Both the position numbers and the translations under genes were made by a program. This document shows, in pieces, positions 1 through 9,651 of a stretch of DNA of 64,000 nt (its first letter is position 1; each line of letters opens with the position of its first letter). The notes beneath the pieces were generated by a model. The model was not told the DNA's origin. It saw only the letters and a list, made by a program, of their open reading frames with translations, and did not search any database. The DNA comes from SAR202 cluster bacterium (GTDB taxonomy: Bacteria; Chloroflexota; Dehalococcoidia; UBA6926; VFHL01): positions 184,392 to 248,391 of the forward strand of contig VFHL01000001.1 of assembly GCA_009392005.1 (NCBI GenBank). Direction: 5' to 3'.

Positions 1-51
1 TGGATGAAGCTCGGGTAGGGGCTTCCTGTATGGTTGTTGTTCGGTTGCCAT
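1..51 (-). CDS. Partial CDS running off the window edge; probable DUF35 (Zn-ribbon/OB-fold) thiolase partner
   Basis: SD GGAGGT then ATG at 51; reads MATEQQPYRKPLPELHP, resembling the 'KPLP..P' N-terminus of DUF35 proteins; lies directly after a thiolase-fold gene. Confidence 0.55.
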   Translation of the reverse strand, partial: MATEQQPYRKPLPELHP

Positions 52-53
52 GT

Positions 54-1202
54 TTATACCTCCGTTGAAAGAACTACTGTTCCGCCGCTATGTCGTACGC
101 TGAGCCCGCCACCTGTACCATGGGCGACCGCAACCTTAGCGTTCTTTATTTGATTACCATCCCGTTCACCTCTTAATTGCCGGACTGATTCGAATACTAA
201 GAAAATACCGCGTTGTCCGGGGTGATTTGAAGAAAGTCCGCCGCCATCTGTGTTGGTTGGCAGCTTTCCTTTGAGGGTTAGGTTTCCTTCTGCGACAAAC
301 GGCCCACCTTCACCCTTTTTCACAAAACCGAGGTTCTCGATAGTTGTCAAAACAGTGATTGTGAATGAGTCGTAAGCCATTAAAAGATCTACATCTTTGT
401 GCTTTACGCCAGATTCGGCGAATGCTTTTTTGCTAGATTGTGCGGCAGCAATCGTTGTTAGATCACGGGTTCCCATTCCTGGGTGTGCGACCGCTTGGCC
501 TGCTCCTAGCACAAACACTGGTTTTTTCTTTAAACTTTTTGCACGTTCTGCGGATGTCATCACAAAGGCTCCACCGCCATCTGTTACAAGGCAGCAGTCC
601 AAGAGATGTAGAGGGTCTGAGACAACCCTACTGTTTATCACATCAGCGACTGTAATTTCGTCACGCATGACCGCAAATGGGTTTGTCATTGCATGTTGTC
701 TTGTTGAGACGGATATTGCGGCTAGTTGTTCACTCGTCGTTCCGAATTCGTGCATGTGACGGCGCGCTACCAAGCCATAGATACCAACGGTTGTTGTACC
801 GTAGGGCGCTTCAAAACCTTCCGGGTGAAATGGTACACGCCGTGTTGCCGTGCCTCCAGTCCCGATCGCTCTCTGAGCAGTTCGAGCAGTGCTTCCATAA
901 CTTATGACTGCCACTTCACATTGGCCCGCGGCAATGGCCGCAGCAGCGTGTGCGATGTGGAATTCGTATGATCCACCGCCTACTTGGGTTGTGTCAATGT
1001 TGTCTGGAAAAATGTTGAGGTATTCAGCGAGTAAGAACCCGCTATGACTGTACATTGCATCAACATCGTCTTTCGTTAGGCCTGCATCATCTAAAGCTCT
1101 ACTAATCGAATCGGCTTGGATTGAGAGTTCCGATGCCTGCGGATCAAAGCGACTTTCGTATTCATGGATGCCAACGATAGCGGCTTTTCCTCTTATAGAC
1201 AT
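54..1202 (-). CDS. Thiolase-fold protein (SCP2-thiolase/Ltp2-like), lacking the nucleophilic Cys
   Basis: AIVGI start, LDCC..DGGGA, YDSFT, NTDGGGLSSNHPG motifs; GGGS where thiolases have CxS; SD GGGAGGT. Confidence 0.9.
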   Translation of the reverse strand: MSIRGKAAIVGIHEYESRFDPQASELSIQADSISRALDDAGLTKDDVDAMYSHSGFLLAEYLNIFPDNIDTTQVGGGSYEFHIAHAAAAIAAGQCEVAVISYGSTARTAQRAIGTGGTATRRVPFHPEGFEAPYGTTTVGIYGLVARRHMHEFGTTSEQLAAISVSTRQHAMTNPFAVMRDEITVADVINSRVVSDPLHLLDCCLVTDGGGAFVMTSAERAKSLKKKPVFVLGAGQAVAHPGMGTRDLTTIAAAQSSKKAFAESGVKHKDVDLLMAYDSFTITVLTTIENLGFVKKGEGGPFVAEGNLTLKGKLPTNTDGGGLSSNHPGQRGIFLVFESVRQLRGERDGNQIKNAKVAVAHGTGGGLSVRHSGGTVVLSTEV

Positions 1203-1274
1203 TATAATTTACCTCCCTTTCCTCGTTAGTTTGTTTTTTTATTTTAATGCGAGATGCATGAATTCCTAAAGAAT

Positions 1275-2420
1275 CTACACCTCAGTTGACAGGATGATTG
1301 TTCCTCCGCTATGCCTGGTACTTAGTGAACCACCTGTACCATGGGCTAGCGCAAGCTTGGGATCTTTCAATTGATTACCCTCACGTTCCCCTCGGAGCTG
1401 GCGCACAGATTCAAAAATTAGGAAGATGCCTCTTTGTCCAGGGTGGTTCGATGAAAGACCACCGCCATCGGTGTTTGTCGGGAGTTTTCCATCAAGGTCT
1501 AAAGCTCCAGTCTCAACAAAAGCTCCACCTTCTCCCTTTTTCACGAAGCCAAGATTTTCTATTGTGGTCAGAACCGTGATGGTAAATGAGTCGTATGCCA
1601 TCAAAAGATCTATATCTTTATGCGTTACACCCGCTTCCTCAAACGCGTGTTTATGCGATTGGCCGGCCGCGATCGTTGTTAAATCACGGTTCCCGATACC
1701 GGGGTGCGCAACAGCTTGCCCAGTCCCCAAGATGTAGACGGGTTTCTTTTTTAGATCTTTTGCACGAGCTGCCGACGTTATGATGAAAGCTCCACCGCCA
1801 TCTGAGACGATACAGCAATCAAGTAGGTGTAAAGGATCAGACACCATTCGGCTGTTCAATACATCATCAACAGTGATCGGATCACGAAATACAGCAAATG
1901 GGTTTGTGCTCGCATGTTTGCGTGTGGACACTGAGATAGCTGCTAATTGTTCACTAGTTGTTCCGAATTCGTGCATGTGGCGTCTCGCAACCAAGGCATA
2001 TCGCCCAAGTGTTGTGGGGCCATAGGGCTCTTCGAAACCATCTGGTAATGCTGGCACTCTACCCCTGATGGGATTTCGCTCCACGGCTCTTCCGCCAGAT
2101 CTTCCAGTACTTCCGTATGTCACCAACGCGACTTCACATTGGCCCGCCGCTATTGCAGCAGCAGCATGCGCTGCAAAAAACTCGTATGATCCGCCCCCCA
2201 TCTGCGTCGTATCAATGACGTCAGGGAACATATTCATATATTCAGCCAAATTCCATCCATGATGGCTATATAAGGCATCAACATCACTTTTCTCAAGTCC
2301 AGCGTCATCCAATGCACGCCTAGCTGATTCCGCTTCAATTGAGAGTTCAGATGCTTGCGGATCAAAGCGACTTTCATATTCATGGATGCCCACGACAGCC
2401 GCTACTCCTCTAACACTCAT
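1275..2420 (-). CDS. Thiolase-fold protein, tandem paralog of 54..1202
   Basis: Same motifs, with long identical peptide blocks shared with the neighbouring gene. Confidence 0.9.
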   Translation of the reverse strand: MSVRGVAAVVGIHEYESRFDPQASELSIEAESARRALDDAGLEKSDVDALYSHHGWNLAEYMNMFPDVIDTTQMGGGSYEFFAAHAAAAIAAGQCEVALVTYGSTGRSGGRAVERNPIRGRVPALPDGFEEPYGPTTLGRYALVARRHMHEFGTTSEQLAAISVSTRKHASTNPFAVFRDPITVDDVLNSRMVSDPLHLLDCCIVSDGGGAFIITSAARAKDLKKKPVYILGTGQAVAHPGIGNRDLTTIAAGQSHKHAFEEAGVTHKDIDLLMAYDSFTITVLTTIENLGFVKKGEGGAFVETGALDLDGKLPTNTDGGGLSSNHPGQRGIFLIFESVRQLRGEREGNQLKDPKLALAHGTGGSLSTRHSGGTIILSTEV

Positions 2421-2637
2421 ATAGGTACCCCCCCCCGTTTCGATTGCGCTCTAAGTGTATAGAACGAAACAAGCATAAACCTTCAATTGTACAGACGCAA
2501 CTTTGTTGGAGCATACGCTCCTGAACTTGCGATTAGTCATGTTTTCATTCAACACCTTGCTACATCAGTGGCCCATCCGTATGCTGCAGGCAATAACAAT
2601 ATTTAAGCGAGCAACATTTTTTGGGGATAGGTGAAAG

Positions 2638-2940
2638 ATGCCATCAGAAATAGAAACTGTGCTTCGACCGGCGTTCAAACGTGCAGATGCCTTCAATAAT
2701 GATTTGGATGCCTTGGAACATGCTTTAGACTTGTTCATCGCACAATATCTTCAAGCACTTATGCGAGCCAAAACTGTGGAGCAGGCCCAGCGAGCGTGGA
2801 GTGCGTATTACAATTATCTCGTAGCACCAACGACAAGAAGAAAAAAATTCGAATTAAATGATTCTCAAGCCGATTTAGTAATTTCAAGTATCCAGGAGAT
2901 CATTCGAAGCCTGAATGATGGAGATGATGCTCAAGATTGA
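2638..2940 (+). CDS. Hypothetical helical protein (100 aa)
   Basis: SD-like AGGTGA before ATG; fills the gap; protein-like composition. Confidence 0.7.
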   Translation: MPSEIETVLRPAFKRADAFNNDLDALEHALDLFIAQYLQALMRAKTVEQAQRAWSAYYNYLVAPTTRRKKFELNDSQADLVISSIQEIIRSLNDGDDAQD

Positions 2941-2967
2941 TAGCGAACTTGGTCAATGAGGTGTGGA

Positions 2968-4251
2968 CTACGAGAATTCCCGTATGACAATGTTCTGTTC
3001 TCTTCTTGGACCAACCGACAAAAGGTCAATAGGTGCACCAATAATTTCTTCTAGGCGATTAACATAGTTCTTTGTTAGTTCAGGTAAATCTTGGAAATTA
3101 TTGATGTTACTTGTTGGTCCTTTCCATCCTGGTAATTCTTCGTATATTGGTTTGCATTTTTCTAAGGTGGCGGGATCCGAGGGCGGATAAAGCAAAGGTT
3201 CGCCATCAAGTTCATAATGTGTACAGATCTTGATTTTTTCTACATCATCTAGTACGTCAAGCCTTGCTATCGCTGCTGACGTAAAACCGTTCACTAGAGT
3301 TGCGAGGCGGGCCATTGGGCCATCAAACCAACCACAAGATCTTGGTCGACCTGTGGTTGCGCCATATTCTCCAGCTTTTTCTCGTATAAGCGCATCGAAG
3401 TCAGGTTCCATAAGTGTTGGGAATGGCCCTGCGCCAACTCTGGTGCAGTACGCTTTAAATATTCCGACGACATGATCAATATTGGATGGATTAATACCTG
3501 TGCCTTGGTAGGCACCTCCAGCGCCGGGATGAGAAGACGTGACATACGGATATGTACCGAAATCAAGGTCAAGCAGCGCGCCTTGCGCTCCCTCAAGTAA
3601 GATTGATTTTCCTTGTTGAATAGCCTCATGGATGACGAGTTCTGTTTGTACGATATGAGGGGCTATTCGCTGCGATATTTTCGACAGATTCTCATACAAT
3701 TCATCTTCCGAAATCGGTGCAGTTTCATATACTTTCGTTAGCAACGAGTTGACGTAATTGAGAGGTGCCTGGAGCTTGTCACGGAGAGTTGTCAGATCCT
3801 TGAGATCTCCCGCTCGAATACCTCTCCTAGCGGTTTTATCGACGTATGCGGGTCCTATACCTCGCAAGGTAGTTCCTATCGCGTTATCCCCTCTACGACC
3901 TTCTTCTAGGGAATCTAGTAATTTATGATACGGCAAAACGATTTGTGCTCGGTCACTGATTAGAAGCCGTTCGGGAGTTACATTTAGAAAATCTAAATTG
4001 TCTAACTCTTCGAGCAAGGATTCAGGGTCAAGGGCCACACCATTACTAATCACGCAGGTAGCGTTTGTATTAAAAATGCCGACGGGTACTAAGTGAAGCC
4101 GAAATTCTCCATGCTCGTTGACAACCGTATGGCCCGCGTTAGCTCCCCCTGAATATCGCACTATCATTTGTGCTTTTCCTGACAAGAGATCAACAATTTT
4201 TCCCTTGCCTTCGTCTCCCCATTGGGCGCCAATTATGGCTATCGCTACCAA
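2968..4251 (-). CDS. purA: Adenylosuccinate synthetase
   Basis: GAQWGDEGKGK, GGANAGHT, EGAQG, GATTGRPR motifs; TTG start. Confidence 0.98.
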   Translation of the reverse strand: MVAIAIIGAQWGDEGKGKIVDLLSGKAQMIVRYSGGANAGHTVVNEHGEFRLHLVPVGIFNTNATCVISNGVALDPESLLEELDNLDFLNVTPERLLISDRAQIVLPYHKLLDSLEEGRRGDNAIGTTLRGIGPAYVDKTARRGIRAGDLKDLTTLRDKLQAPLNYVNSLLTKVYETAPISEDELYENLSKISQRIAPHIVQTELVIHEAIQQGKSILLEGAQGALLDLDFGTYPYVTSSHPGAGGAYQGTGINPSNIDHVVGIFKAYCTRVGAGPFPTLMEPDFDALIREKAGEYGATTGRPRSCGWFDGPMARLATLVNGFTSAAIARLDVLDDVEKIKICTHYELDGEPLLYPPSDPATLEKCKPIYEELPGWKGPTSNINNFQDLPELTKNYVNRLEEIIGAPIDLLSVGPRREQNIVIREFS

Positions 4252-4605
4252 GTTTTTCTCCCTTGATAATTAAATTAGATCCAAAATTCATCCTCGAGGG
4301 GGTACTACATCCACAGGAGGCAAAATATTTTAAGATACTATCTGACCAGTGATTGCGGATCAAAAATCCTCGCGAGTATAACAGACAGATAAATCATGAG
4401 GAAGTGGCTGAATGTCAAAGCGTTGCGTAGGCTTATGGATAATTCGGTTGGGAATGGTATTTAATTGCCTTGTTGTATCAACCTTGATTTAGATGGCCAA
4501 CTTGTTTTTGGTGTATTAGGTTAGTCTACGTTGTTTCGCTCTAATCCTTATGGCTTGCGTGCTATAATTCCGCTGGGTTTAATATGTTCACATAGGTGGA
4601 GATGT

Positions 4606-5562
4606 ATGAATTGGACTGGTGAAATAGCGATCTTCTCTGGAAATGCGCATAAGCGTCTTGCGCAAGCAGTTTCTGAATCTTTGAGGGTTTCCATTGGCGC
4701 AGTCGAGGTGTTTCAATTTTCCAATGAAAACATTTTTGTAAGGTATCTAGAAAATATTCGACATAGAGATGTTTTTATAATCCAACCACACGCAAGGCCC
4801 GTGAACGATAGCATCATGGAGCTGTTAATCATGATTGACGCCGCCAAGCGTGCGTCGGCAGGCCGAGTTACTGCTGTGATCCCCTACTATGCTTACGGGC
4901 GCACCGATAAGAAAGATCAACCTCGTGTCCCGATCACGGCCCGATTATTAGCGGATTTAATTACAACGGCGGGTGCTGATCGTGTTTTGACCATGGATTT
5001 ACATGCCGGACAGATCCAAGGATTTTTCAACATACCAGTCGATGAGTTAACTGCGTTGCCCTTGCTATCAAAGTATCTCCTATCAGGAAGAGACGATAGG
5101 CAAGATTACGTTGTTGTAGCCCCTGATGAAGGTACTGTTAAGCGGGCTCGTAATTTGGCTTACGAATTGGATGCTCCTTTAGCAATTATTGAAAAAAGAC
5201 GTGTAGGTAATGATGAGAAAGTAGAAGCACGCAATGTCATTGGCGAGGTTTCTGGGAAGAACGCAATACTAGTTGATGATGAAATCGATACGGGAGGATC
5301 GATGGTTGCAGCGATTGAAGTGTTACGGTCTCATGGGATTGCGGACGTTTCCTCAATGGTGACTCATCCTGTTCTTTCAGGTAATGCTTTGGATCGTTTG
5401 TCTCAAGCAGGGCTGAAGGAATTGGTTGTGACAGATACGTTGCCCGTTGATAATTCTGCGACGAATGGCATCAAATTACGCACAGTTTCAGTCGCTTCAT
5501 TGTTGGCTGAAGCTATATCGCGAATTCACTCTGGAGAATCTATTGGGGATCTTTTTTCATGA
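4606..5562 (+). CDS. prs: Ribose-phosphate pyrophosphokinase
   Basis: DLHAGQIQGFF, VDDEIDTGGS; start moved to ATG 4606 (SD GGTGGAG). Confidence 0.97.
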   Translation: MNWTGEIAIFSGNAHKRLAQAVSESLRVSIGAVEVFQFSNENIFVRYLENIRHRDVFIIQPHARPVNDSIMELLIMIDAAKRASAGRVTAVIPYYAYGRTDKKDQPRVPITARLLADLITTAGADRVLTMDLHAGQIQGFFNIPVDELTALPLLSKYLLSGRDDRQDYVVVAPDEGTVKRARNLAYELDAPLAIIEKRRVGNDEKVEARNVIGEVSGKNAILVDDEIDTGGSMVAAIEVLRSHGIADVSSMVTHPVLSGNALDRLSQAGLKELVVTDTLPVDNSATNGIKLRTVSVASLLAEAISRIHSGESIGDLFS

Positions 5563-5651
5563 CGTGTTTTCGTGTCTTGATACGTTCTGGAATAGTGGTT
5601 GGTAATTAGTGATGCTTGGGAGTATGTTCCGGTTTTTTTAGAAGGATAGAT

Positions 5652-8297
5652 ATGTTAAAGAGGATTGGTTCTCTTTTAGGGGGATCCCAAGATAGAAGCA
5701 TCAAAAAGTTGTCGAGCTTGGTCGATGAAGTAGATGCTTTAGAACCAGATTTTGAAAAACTTCCGGATGATTTGTTGTATGCCAAGACGACTGAATTTCA
5801 ATCTCGATACAAGAATGGCGAGCACCTTGATTCACTTTTGCCTGAAGCATTTGCAACGGTCCGCGAAACTGCCAAAAGAATGCTTGGTCAGCGCCATTAT
5901 CGAGTCCAGATTATGGGTGGCATCGTACTGCACCAAGGCAAAATAGCCGAAATGAAAACTGGTGAGGGCAAAACTCTTGTATCTACTCTAGCAGTTTATC
6001 TTAATGCCTTAACGGGTGATGGCGTACATCTGGTCACAGTGAACGATTATCTTGCACGCCGCGATTGTCAGTGGATGGGTCCCATATATAACGCATTGGG
6101 TTTGACGGTTGGATGTCTTCAAAATGAAGGATCATTTCTTTTTGGTATGGCATCTGATGGTGAGGCTGAGTTAGAAGCTGCACATCGTTCAGATGTTTAT
6201 TCAGCTGATGTTGTTTATGGCACGAATAGCGAATTTGGTTTTGATTATTTACGAGACAATATGGCGCTGGAAAAAGATTCTATGGTACAGAAAAAGATTT
6301 CATATGCCATTGTGGATGAAGTAGACAATATACTAGTGGATGAGGCCCGAACTCCCTTGATTATCAGCGGTCCCTCAGATCAGCCTGATCAAACGTATTA
6401 TAAATTTGCTGATATTGCCCGCTCATTAGACTTAGAGATGGATTATGTGCCGGACGAAAAAGCACGGAGTGTTGCTCTAACAGATGCTGGTATTACCCAT
6501 ATTGAAACTTCACTTGGAATTTCGAACTTGTACGCTCCAGAAAACTATCGATTAACACATTATGTTGAAAACGCACTCAAAGCAGAAGTTTTTTACCTAA
6601 GAGATCAACAGTATGTTGTTCAAGATGGGAAGGCAACGATTGTCGATGAATTTACAGGAAGATTAATGACCGGGCGGCGTTTCGGGGAAGGATTGCATCA
6701 AGCGATTGAAGCAAAAGAGGGATTGCAAATCCAACAGGAAACCATAACTTTAGCGACGATTACTTTGCAGAACTACTTTCGATTATATGACAAATTGTCC
6801 GGGATGACGGGAACCGCAATCACCGAATCTGAGGAGTTTTGGAAAATCTACGGGTTAGAAGTGCTTACCATCCCGACGAACAAGCCTCTGATGCGAGAAG
6901 ACCTCTCCGATACTATCTACTTGAACGAGAAAGAAAAATATACTGCGGTAGCTGATGCAATAGCGGATTTGCATAAAACTCGGCGACCAGTTCTCGTAGG
7001 GACTGTTTCTGTTGAACGATCTGAACAGCTGGGGAAGCTGTTGAAAGAAAGAGGTGTGGAGCATCAAGTCCTGAATGCTAAATTCCATGAGCAAGAAGCT
7101 GAAATTGTTGCTCAAGCAGGCCGTCTTGGCGGTGTGACAGTAGCAACAAATATGGCTGGTCGAGGCACAGATATCATTTTAGGCGGTAGTCAAGAAAAAA
7201 GAGATCCCGGGGAATGGCAAAACGAACACGATGAAGTCATTAAACTTGGAGGGCTTTACATTATTGGCACTGAGTTACATGAATCTCGTAGGATTGATAA
7301 CCAGTTGCGTGGCCGTGCAGGCCGGCAAGGTGATCCCGGGACATCGGTTTTTTATGTGGCACTTGATGATGAATTAATTCGTAGATTTGGTGGGGATCGT
7401 GTACGTGGGCTCTTGAATTGGGCTGGTGTTGAAGAAGGTGAGGCTATTGATAATCGAATGGTGCGCAAGGCATTTGAAAATGCACAAGTGAAAGTTGAAG
7501 CACACAACTTTGAAATTAGAAAACATCTTGTTGAATATGACGATGTGATCAACACTCAGCGGGACGTGATTTATGAACAGAGATTCAAGGTTCTAGATCA
7601 AACTGATGTTCATACAAATATTAAGATGATGATTGATAAGTCTGTCGCAGATATTGTGGATGACTACCTTCCTGATTTGCGTCCAGAAACATGGGATCTT
7701 GAAGGTCTACTAGTTTCAATACAGAATTTATTTGGCGCTACTCCAGAATGGGCCAATTATGAAGCAATGAATTTGATGAGCCAAGACGAGATTATTGACC
7801 AGTTAAATCAATTCGCTACTGAATTATATGCCAACCGTGAAGACGATAATGGTTCTGAGGTGACTCGGGATATAGAGCGGGTTATTTCCTTGCGAACAGT
7901 TGATAGTCATTGGATCGAACATTTAACCGTGATGGACATGATGCGTCGTGGAATTGGTTTAGAAGCTGTAGCGCAGCGAGATCCCTTAGTCGCTTATCGT
8001 ATGGAAGCGCACAGGATGTATCAAGAATTGCAAGAGAATATTCAGCACTCGATTGTCCGGAACATGTATCACGTTTCGGTTGTGGGACAGAAAATAGATC
8101 AGCAAATGGATTCTCCATTAGCCCAGCATCAAAGAAATAGTAGTGGCGAAGCACCAATCGTAGCAAATCAACCTGCAGGTGACAGCCCTAGTGTTCGTAC
8201 GGTTACCCGAACACAAAAGAAAATTGGTAGGAATGAGAGTTGTCCGTGTGGCAGCGGTAAGAAATATAAAAATTGCCATTGGCCGGAGGCTGTCTAG
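5652..8297 (+). CDS. secA: Preprotein translocase ATPase SecA
   Basis: MKTGEGKT, DEVD, ATNMAGRGTDI, C-terminal SEC-C motif CPCGSGKKYKNCH; start moved to ATG 5652. Confidence 0.98.
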   Translation: MLKRIGSLLGGSQDRSIKKLSSLVDEVDALEPDFEKLPDDLLYAKTTEFQSRYKNGEHLDSLLPEAFATVRETAKRMLGQRHYRVQIMGGIVLHQGKIAEMKTGEGKTLVSTLAVYLNALTGDGVHLVTVNDYLARRDCQWMGPIYNALGLTVGCLQNEGSFLFGMASDGEAELEAAHRSDVYSADVVYGTNSEFGFDYLRDNMALEKDSMVQKKISYAIVDEVDNILVDEARTPLIISGPSDQPDQTYYKFADIARSLDLEMDYVPDEKARSVALTDAGITHIETSLGISNLYAPENYRLTHYVENALKAEVFYLRDQQYVVQDGKATIVDEFTGRLMTGRRFGEGLHQAIEAKEGLQIQQETITLATITLQNYFRLYDKLSGMTGTAITESEEFWKIYGLEVLTIPTNKPLMREDLSDTIYLNEKEKYTAVADAIADLHKTRRPVLVGTVSVERSEQLGKLLKERGVEHQVLNAKFHEQEAEIVAQAGRLGGVTVATNMAGRGTDIILGGSQEKRDPGEWQNEHDEVIKLGGLYIIGTELHESRRIDNQLRGRAGRQGDPGTSVFYVALDDELIRRFGGDRVRGLLNWAGVEEGEAIDNRMVRKAFENAQVKVEAHNFEIRKHLVEYDDVINTQRDVIYEQRFKVLDQTDVHTNIKMMIDKSVADIVDDYLPDLRPETWDLEGLLVSIQNLFGATPEWANYEAMNLMSQDEIIDQLNQFATELYANREDDNGSEVTRDIERVISLRTVDSHWIEHLTVMDMMRRGIGLEAVAQRDPLVAYRMEAHRMYQELQENIQHSIVRNMYHVSVVGQKIDQQMDSPLAQHQRNSSGEAPIVANQPAGDSPSVRTVTRTQKKIGRNESCPCGSGKKYKNCHWPEAV

Positions 8298-8425
8298 TTC
8301 CCCAGAGGTGGAGCTATGTTGAATTTGCATCACTACTTAAACAGCACTACGTATTTAGTGCGCTTAATTGAGTGTTCCAAAGATGTTGGTAATGGTTCTA
8401 TGGAACTTGGCGGATTGGTACTGAA

Positions 8426-9256
8426 ATGACTACGTGGAATTTCGGTGGGGATGATCAATCTGAGATTTCTGCAACTTCCATTGCAGAGGATCACTTCCGG
8501 CGATCTCTAGAAGAACAAAAGAATTGGTATATTACGCTTCTAGAATCTGCGGCGTTATGGTCTGTTCCTGAGGAACGTTATCAATCACGACAATATAAAT
8601 ATTTGATTGGTGGCGAAGCGTTTGATTTGTATACCTTGGGAGAGCGTCTCTACAATTCGATTGATGATCCTGAATTGAAAAATGCCCTGCCAGAAAATGA
8701 AATAGTCGCGTTTCTTTTCTTTGGTGAGCCGCCTATAGATTTGGAAGCCGACATTTTCGCGGAAATTTTGGGTTCTAGCAAATATTCTGCCTATCTGAAC
8801 TATTGGTACGGCGTGATGGTTGAGGAGGCATTACAAGCTGCAGTGACTGGTGAAATAGCGAAAGCGAAGTCAGGGTTTCTAGCGTCAGACATTTCTTTAG
8901 TGAATGCTACCTTTTTGAGGCTATATGAACTGGATTGGAACACATTGTTTTCCAAGTTTCGTGCGTCCTCAAGGATCCCTCGAAACGCTAATTCTTCCTT
9001 GGTCGAAATGAAAGATTTTATGTATTGGCTGTTCAGGTGGAGAATCAAAGAGAGTGAGCCGGCTCGAGTTGCGAGTGACACGCGGAAGGGGATAACTAAG
9101 TTGGATGCTTTGCGTAGTTTAAGCCGCCAGGGTGCCCTTGCGAGAGATCAGAAACGTAAGATTGTTGAGATGAACAATATGGATACCACTGATCAATTCT
9201 TACGCGGTTTCGGTTCCTATTCAAAACGAGTAGGACTTTATTCAACTGAAAAATAG
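8426..9256 (+). CDS. Hypothetical protein (276 aa)
   Basis: Long ORF filling the secA-ileS gap; no family recognised with confidence. Confidence 0.8.
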   Translation: MTTWNFGGDDQSEISATSIAEDHFRRSLEEQKNWYITLLESAALWSVPEERYQSRQYKYLIGGEAFDLYTLGERLYNSIDDPELKNALPENEIVAFLFFGEPPIDLEADIFAEILGSSKYSAYLNYWYGVMVEEALQAAVTGEIAKAKSGFLASDISLVNATFLRLYELDWNTLFSKFRASSRIPRNANSSLVEMKDFMYWLFRWRIKESEPARVASDTRKGITKLDALRSLSRQGALARDQKRKIVEMNNMDTTDQFLRGFGSYSKRVGLYSTEK

Positions 9257-9289
9257 GATTACATCTTGGAGCGCATTAGCACGAAATGT

Positions 9290-9319
9290 TTGACAGGCAA
9301 GGCCTACGCTTTATAAAGT
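9290..9319 (+). promoter_or_regulatory. Sigma70-type promoter of the ileS leader
   Basis: TTGACA 9290-9295 then TATAAA (16-nt spacer) or TAAAGT (18-nt spacer), just before T-box stem I. Confidence 0.6.
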
Positions 9320-9328
9320 ACTTGGAAT

Positions 9329-9616
9329 GACGGTGACGGAGAAGAGTACGAGAATAAACTCAAGTATAGCGAGCCTGGTTTGGTGCGAGCAGGTGTTGAG
9401 CATCTCTGAATATCCCTCCTGAGTCGCTATTCGAAAGAGAGAATAATGAATCGTTCCCCAATGTCTCTTGATTAGGTTTAGCCGGATTCCTTCCGTTATC
9501 AAGGTGCGACACATGGTTGTGAATGTCATTAGTGTCATATAGTTGCCCTAACGAATGTTTGGTGAAAAGGGTGGTATTGCGGGTAAAAACCCGTCCCTTT
9601 GGGGCGGGTTTTTTTT
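9329..9616 (+). promoter_or_regulatory. T-box riboswitch (Ile specifier), transcriptional attenuator
   Basis: Stem I with GGTGA/TGA kink-turn, AGTA/GAA loop E, AGCGA bulge and GGTGCGA distal loop; ATC specifier 9412-9414; CCGTTA element; antiterminator AAAAGGG-TGGTATT-GCGGGT...ACCCGT-CCCTTTT. Confidence 0.93.
9585..9616 (+). terminator. T-box intrinsic terminator
   Basis: AAAAACCCGTCCC-TTTT-GGGGCGGG followed by T8. Confidence 0.9.
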
Positions 9617-9651
9617 GTGAGAATTTAGCGTGTAATTAGTAGGAGTTAAAA

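Noticed and set aside
2496..2531. Interrupted hairpin CGCAA..GGAGC-ATAC-GCTCC..TTGCG
   Set aside because: Short stems and no match to an RNA family I know; cannot be distinguished from chance
8346..8363. GCACTA-N6-TAGTGC as a CIRCE element
   Set aside because: Wrong spacing and arms for TTAGCACTC-N9-GAGTGCTAA, and no chaperone gene follows
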